A stretch of DNA of 63,970 nucleotides, the filler included, from Saprolegnia diclina VS20 (taxonomy: Eukaryota): assembly GCF_000281045.1 (NCBI RefSeq). It is 23 parts of 22 records of this genome, joined end to end, with 100 filler letters (N's around TTAATTAATTAA, not from the genome) between each part and the next. Parts side by side here need not be neighbours in the genome. Positions count along the whole stretch, not along the records: positions 60,245 to 62,547 come from NW_008246379.1; positions 62,648 to 63,970 come from NW_008246434.1; 21 more parts are not named here. One strand, written 5' to 3'. Every line of letters begins with the position of its first letter. Positions within the stretch are counted from its first letter, which is position 1. The notes under the pieces are model-generated. The model did not search any database, was not told the DNA's origin, and worked only from the letters and a program-made list of their open reading frames with translations. This document shows, piece after piece, positions 61,014 through 63,970 of the stretch. The position numbers and the translations under genes were made by a program.

Positions 61014-62547
61014 ATGGCGAAGAGCACGAAGCGACCGCGCGAGTCGGCGCCCAAGAGCCGTGGCGGCAGCGACTTTGTGGTGGTGAACCCGTCCTTGCTG
61101 CGCGGAACAGAGGCGTACGGATACAAGATCGGTGCACGCCGCCTCATCTCTGTATTAGGCCTGCGCCCAAGAAGGCCAAGAAGGACACCACCAAGAAAGA
61201 GTCAAAGCCCGATGTGAAGAAGCCGAAGTCAAAGTCTACCGAGAGCAAACCCACCAAGGACGCGCCAAAGGCAAAGCCCAGTGGCGTGTATCATTGCGAC
61301 GTCTGCGATTTGGACGTGACGATGGGCGCCAAGGCCATGCATGAGCAAGGCAAGAAGCACAAGCGGGCTCTGGTGTCGAGTGGCCCCGTCACGACGCCGT
61401 CTGACAACGCCGACGCGCCCGCCGATGGAGCAAAGGTTGCTGCCGCGTCGTCTGCCAAGGTGGACGTGGCCAAGGTTGCTCCTGCGCCGACGTCGGTGCA
61501 GTATGTGCACGCCTCCCGCCCCGAGGACTTTGTCGGGGCCGTGTACGCGCTCCTCGACATGCATAACCTGCGCCGTGCGCTTGTCGTTGTGCCCAACAAG
61601 GGCCACGCGCTCTTGCAGCCGCAGTTGGTCGCTGGAGCGCTCAAGCACCTTGGGTTTACGGCCCTCGCGGTCCACGCCAAGACGCCGGCCACGCAGCGCC
61701 AGCAGACGCTCGAGAAGTTCCGGTCGTCGTCGTCGATAGTCCTTGTAGCCACCGAGCACTTGGCTAAAGGCCTTGCGTCACCAAGTGCCGTGTACGTCAA
61801 CTGTACACCGAGCAAACCGAGTGGCGTTCTCTACGTTGTGCTGGAGAAGGACGCGGCACCAGCCAGCGACTGGGCGCCTGTCACGCCGTGGAACAAACTC
61901 GCGCTGCAAAAAGCGTCTTCGCGCGCCGCGATGGCCAAGACCATCCATGAGCTCACCACCCAGGACGTCGACAATGAAGCGCAATGGATCCAGAAGCTCG
62001 CGTCTGCGTCCGGGCTCGACGCCGACGAGATGCCCAAGGCCAAACCGTCGGCCAACCGCCAAAAGCTGGCTGCAGTTGCTGAGAAACTCTTCCTCCACAT
62101 GGGCTATCCGCTCACGTACTCGGGTCCTATCGACGTCGCAGGCATGAAGGCCAAGATGACTGCTGTCGGGCTCCATGTGCAGTCGGCAGCCACGGGCATG
62201 TCGCTGCACGCAACCCGGCTCTCGGCGCAGACGCAGTGGCTCGACGCTGCGTCGGGCGGCGCCTTTGGCGGCGAGTGGGACGGGTCGGTGCGGCACGGCG
62301 CGTCGAAAGACAGCACGTCGCTCCAAGTCCGCGCCGAATTTTGTGCCCAAAAGTCCACGTGGCAGCCCAACCCCAAGCCGGCCGACGCTGCCGAGTGGGG
62401 CGGACCCTACGGCAAACCCTGCGGCCACAACGAGGTACTGCATTCCTATGCCATCCCGGATGTCGAGCTGTAATTATTCTAGGTGGTTATGCACCGGCTG
62501 CGTCCATTCTTCCCGCAAGAAGTGTTGAACGCGCGCATTTGCAGCCG
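61014..62547 (+). CDS. Lys-rich, C2H2 (U1/matrin-type) zinc finger and degenerate helicase C-terminal domain protein; introns 61115-61158 and 62435-62482; 3'-truncated
   Basis: YHCDVCD...HEQGKKH; AVHAKTPATQRQQTLEKFR...VLVATEHLAKGL resembles DEAD-box motifs IVa/V; GT-AG introns restore the frame. Confidence 0.75.
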
Positions 62548-63970
62548 NNNNNNNNNNNNNNNNNNNNNNNNNNNNNNNNNNNNNNNNNNNNTTAATTAAT
62601 TAANNNNNNNNNNNNNNNNNNNNNNNNNNNNNNNNNNNNNNNNNNNNGACGGAGGTGCGCGAGCAGCGTCACGTCGGTCGTCGACGAATGCCCGTGGCGA
62701 GGCAGAGCCATGGTTTCGTGGATCGAGGTCGTATCAATGACCTTCAAGGGTGCGTCGCGCACCGGCGAGCCAAGTGCGACGGCTTGGCGCTCGGGGCTCG
62801 GCGGCGCTCCCGTCGGTGTGGGAAGACATCGAAACAATGGCAGGTGCCGGCGCTGCGCACCGAGTCGTCGGCAGCGGCTGGCGCCGGTGGCCCGACGGCG
62901 CGACCGGCCGGGGTAAACTCGATGGCGGCGACGTGATCATATCGTGGTGTGCCCGCCAAGCGCAATCTCAGGAAATGGTCGTGACGACAGCTGCCACCGT
63001 GTGTAGCACGATGACACGAGCGCGTCACGCATCCGTGACCTTGATGCGCACGATATTTTAATACAATTGATGTATCTCTACAGAGTGTTTGTATACAGAT
63101 CAAGGATTGAGTATTCTATTACGTTGCAAGGAAAATAAAGTTGAAATTCGCCCGATGAGTTGTTGGCGCGGGTTGGCGCGGTGGACGCACGCGATTGCAT
63201 TGGCGAGAGCTCATCGTTGCGAGCGGTTGCGTCAAAGGAGCTAGACTGTTAGCTTTGTAGAGCTCTACCCGCGTTGGCTCCTTCGACAGCCTTTCTCCCA
63301 TGATTGCGATGCCGGCTTATGATGCAGTCGGGTGTCTGGTCCTGATCGACGATCGCCTGCATTTCAGATAGTTGGAGCAAACTGCTCGGCGCTTTACACT
63401 AATGAACCGTTGCTCTGGCCAAAGCGCCTCTCCTTGCCACCAACGTCTGACCCATTCTTTCCAACCGAGCTATCGCTAGCTCCACCACGTCCTGGATCGC
63501 CCATCGTGGTCGCTTGTTTATGCATGCCATCACAAAGCCTGCGATGGTGCTCCGAGCTCGCGCACTCGAAGCTCACGTTTCCATTCTCCTTGGTCTCTCC
63601 GGCATCGGCACCCAAGTCGCACGCAAGCGGTATGCTATATATTGACGGGACCTGTACGCTGACTCATGTGCAAGGCTCCTCGCTAGGTTCACTCGCTGTA
63701 ACCACAGACGGGGACGATGCAGGCTCATACTAGTGCATGCACAAGCTGCGGTCGGCGAGAAGCGAGCAACCGAAGCCAAGCGCTCGAGAAGACGCCGATC
63801 ATGTGGCCGAGTGGGAAAATACGTGCCTTGACGCCAAAGGTTGCTCTGCGCGGACGATCGAAAGCCTCGGCATTTATGCAGGACAACAAATCACCTGTCG
63901 GTTATGTGCGTCCATGAACGTTAATCCTCGATGCACTCGAGGTGTGTCAAGGCGGCGTGGAGCATGGCGA

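Noticed and set aside
3635..62647. Regularly recurring TTAATTAATTAA within N-runs, superficially an array or conserved motif
   Set aside because: It is an artificial six-frame-stop linker between concatenated contigs. ORFs ending in X...LIN are artefacts.
1..63970. Apparent cluster of transporters, hydrolases and retroelements as one island or system
   Set aside because: The genes lie on separate unplaced contigs ordered roughly by length, so linkage across spacers is unsupported.
1..63970. tRNA, rRNA or other structured RNA genes
   Set aside because: None recognised by eye. A covariance-model scan would be needed to exclude them.

Overview
Eukaryotic, oomycete-like DNA. Saprolegniales is the most likely source, judged from the gene families, GC3-rich codons, 41-52 nt GT-AG introns and oomycete Inr/FPR promoter motifs. 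The window is not one locus. It is 23 short contigs (mostly 2.3-3.6 kb, roughly in decreasing length) joined by 22 artificial 100-nt spacers (N44-TTAATTAATTAA-N44), so adjacency across spacers has no biological meaning. Host genes include a PDR-type ABCG and an ABCC transporter, two MATE transporters, ankyrin and LRR family proteins, a 3x PAN/Apple secreted protein, a START-like/FYVE protein, an M20D amidohydrolase, an M14 carboxypeptidase, a Gfo/Idh/MocA oxidoreductase, Cys-rich secreted proteins and a zinc finger + degenerate helicase protein. Retroelements include an apparently intact Copia pol, a Copia and a Gypsy element (two copies) with in-frame internal pol deletions, a probable DIRS/Ngaro ORF1, and L1/Tx1-like LINE fragments. 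The strongest leads are (1) two LINE fragments each joined to an 11-bp satellite just after the same palindrome, a possible satellite-targeting LINE; (2) Gag-protease-only LTR elements whose deletions keep the reading frame; (3) a PAN-domain gene bracketed by long inverted repeats; and (4) a DDX24/Mak5-like half-helicase fusion. All family assignments come from motif recognition by eye; no database searches were run.
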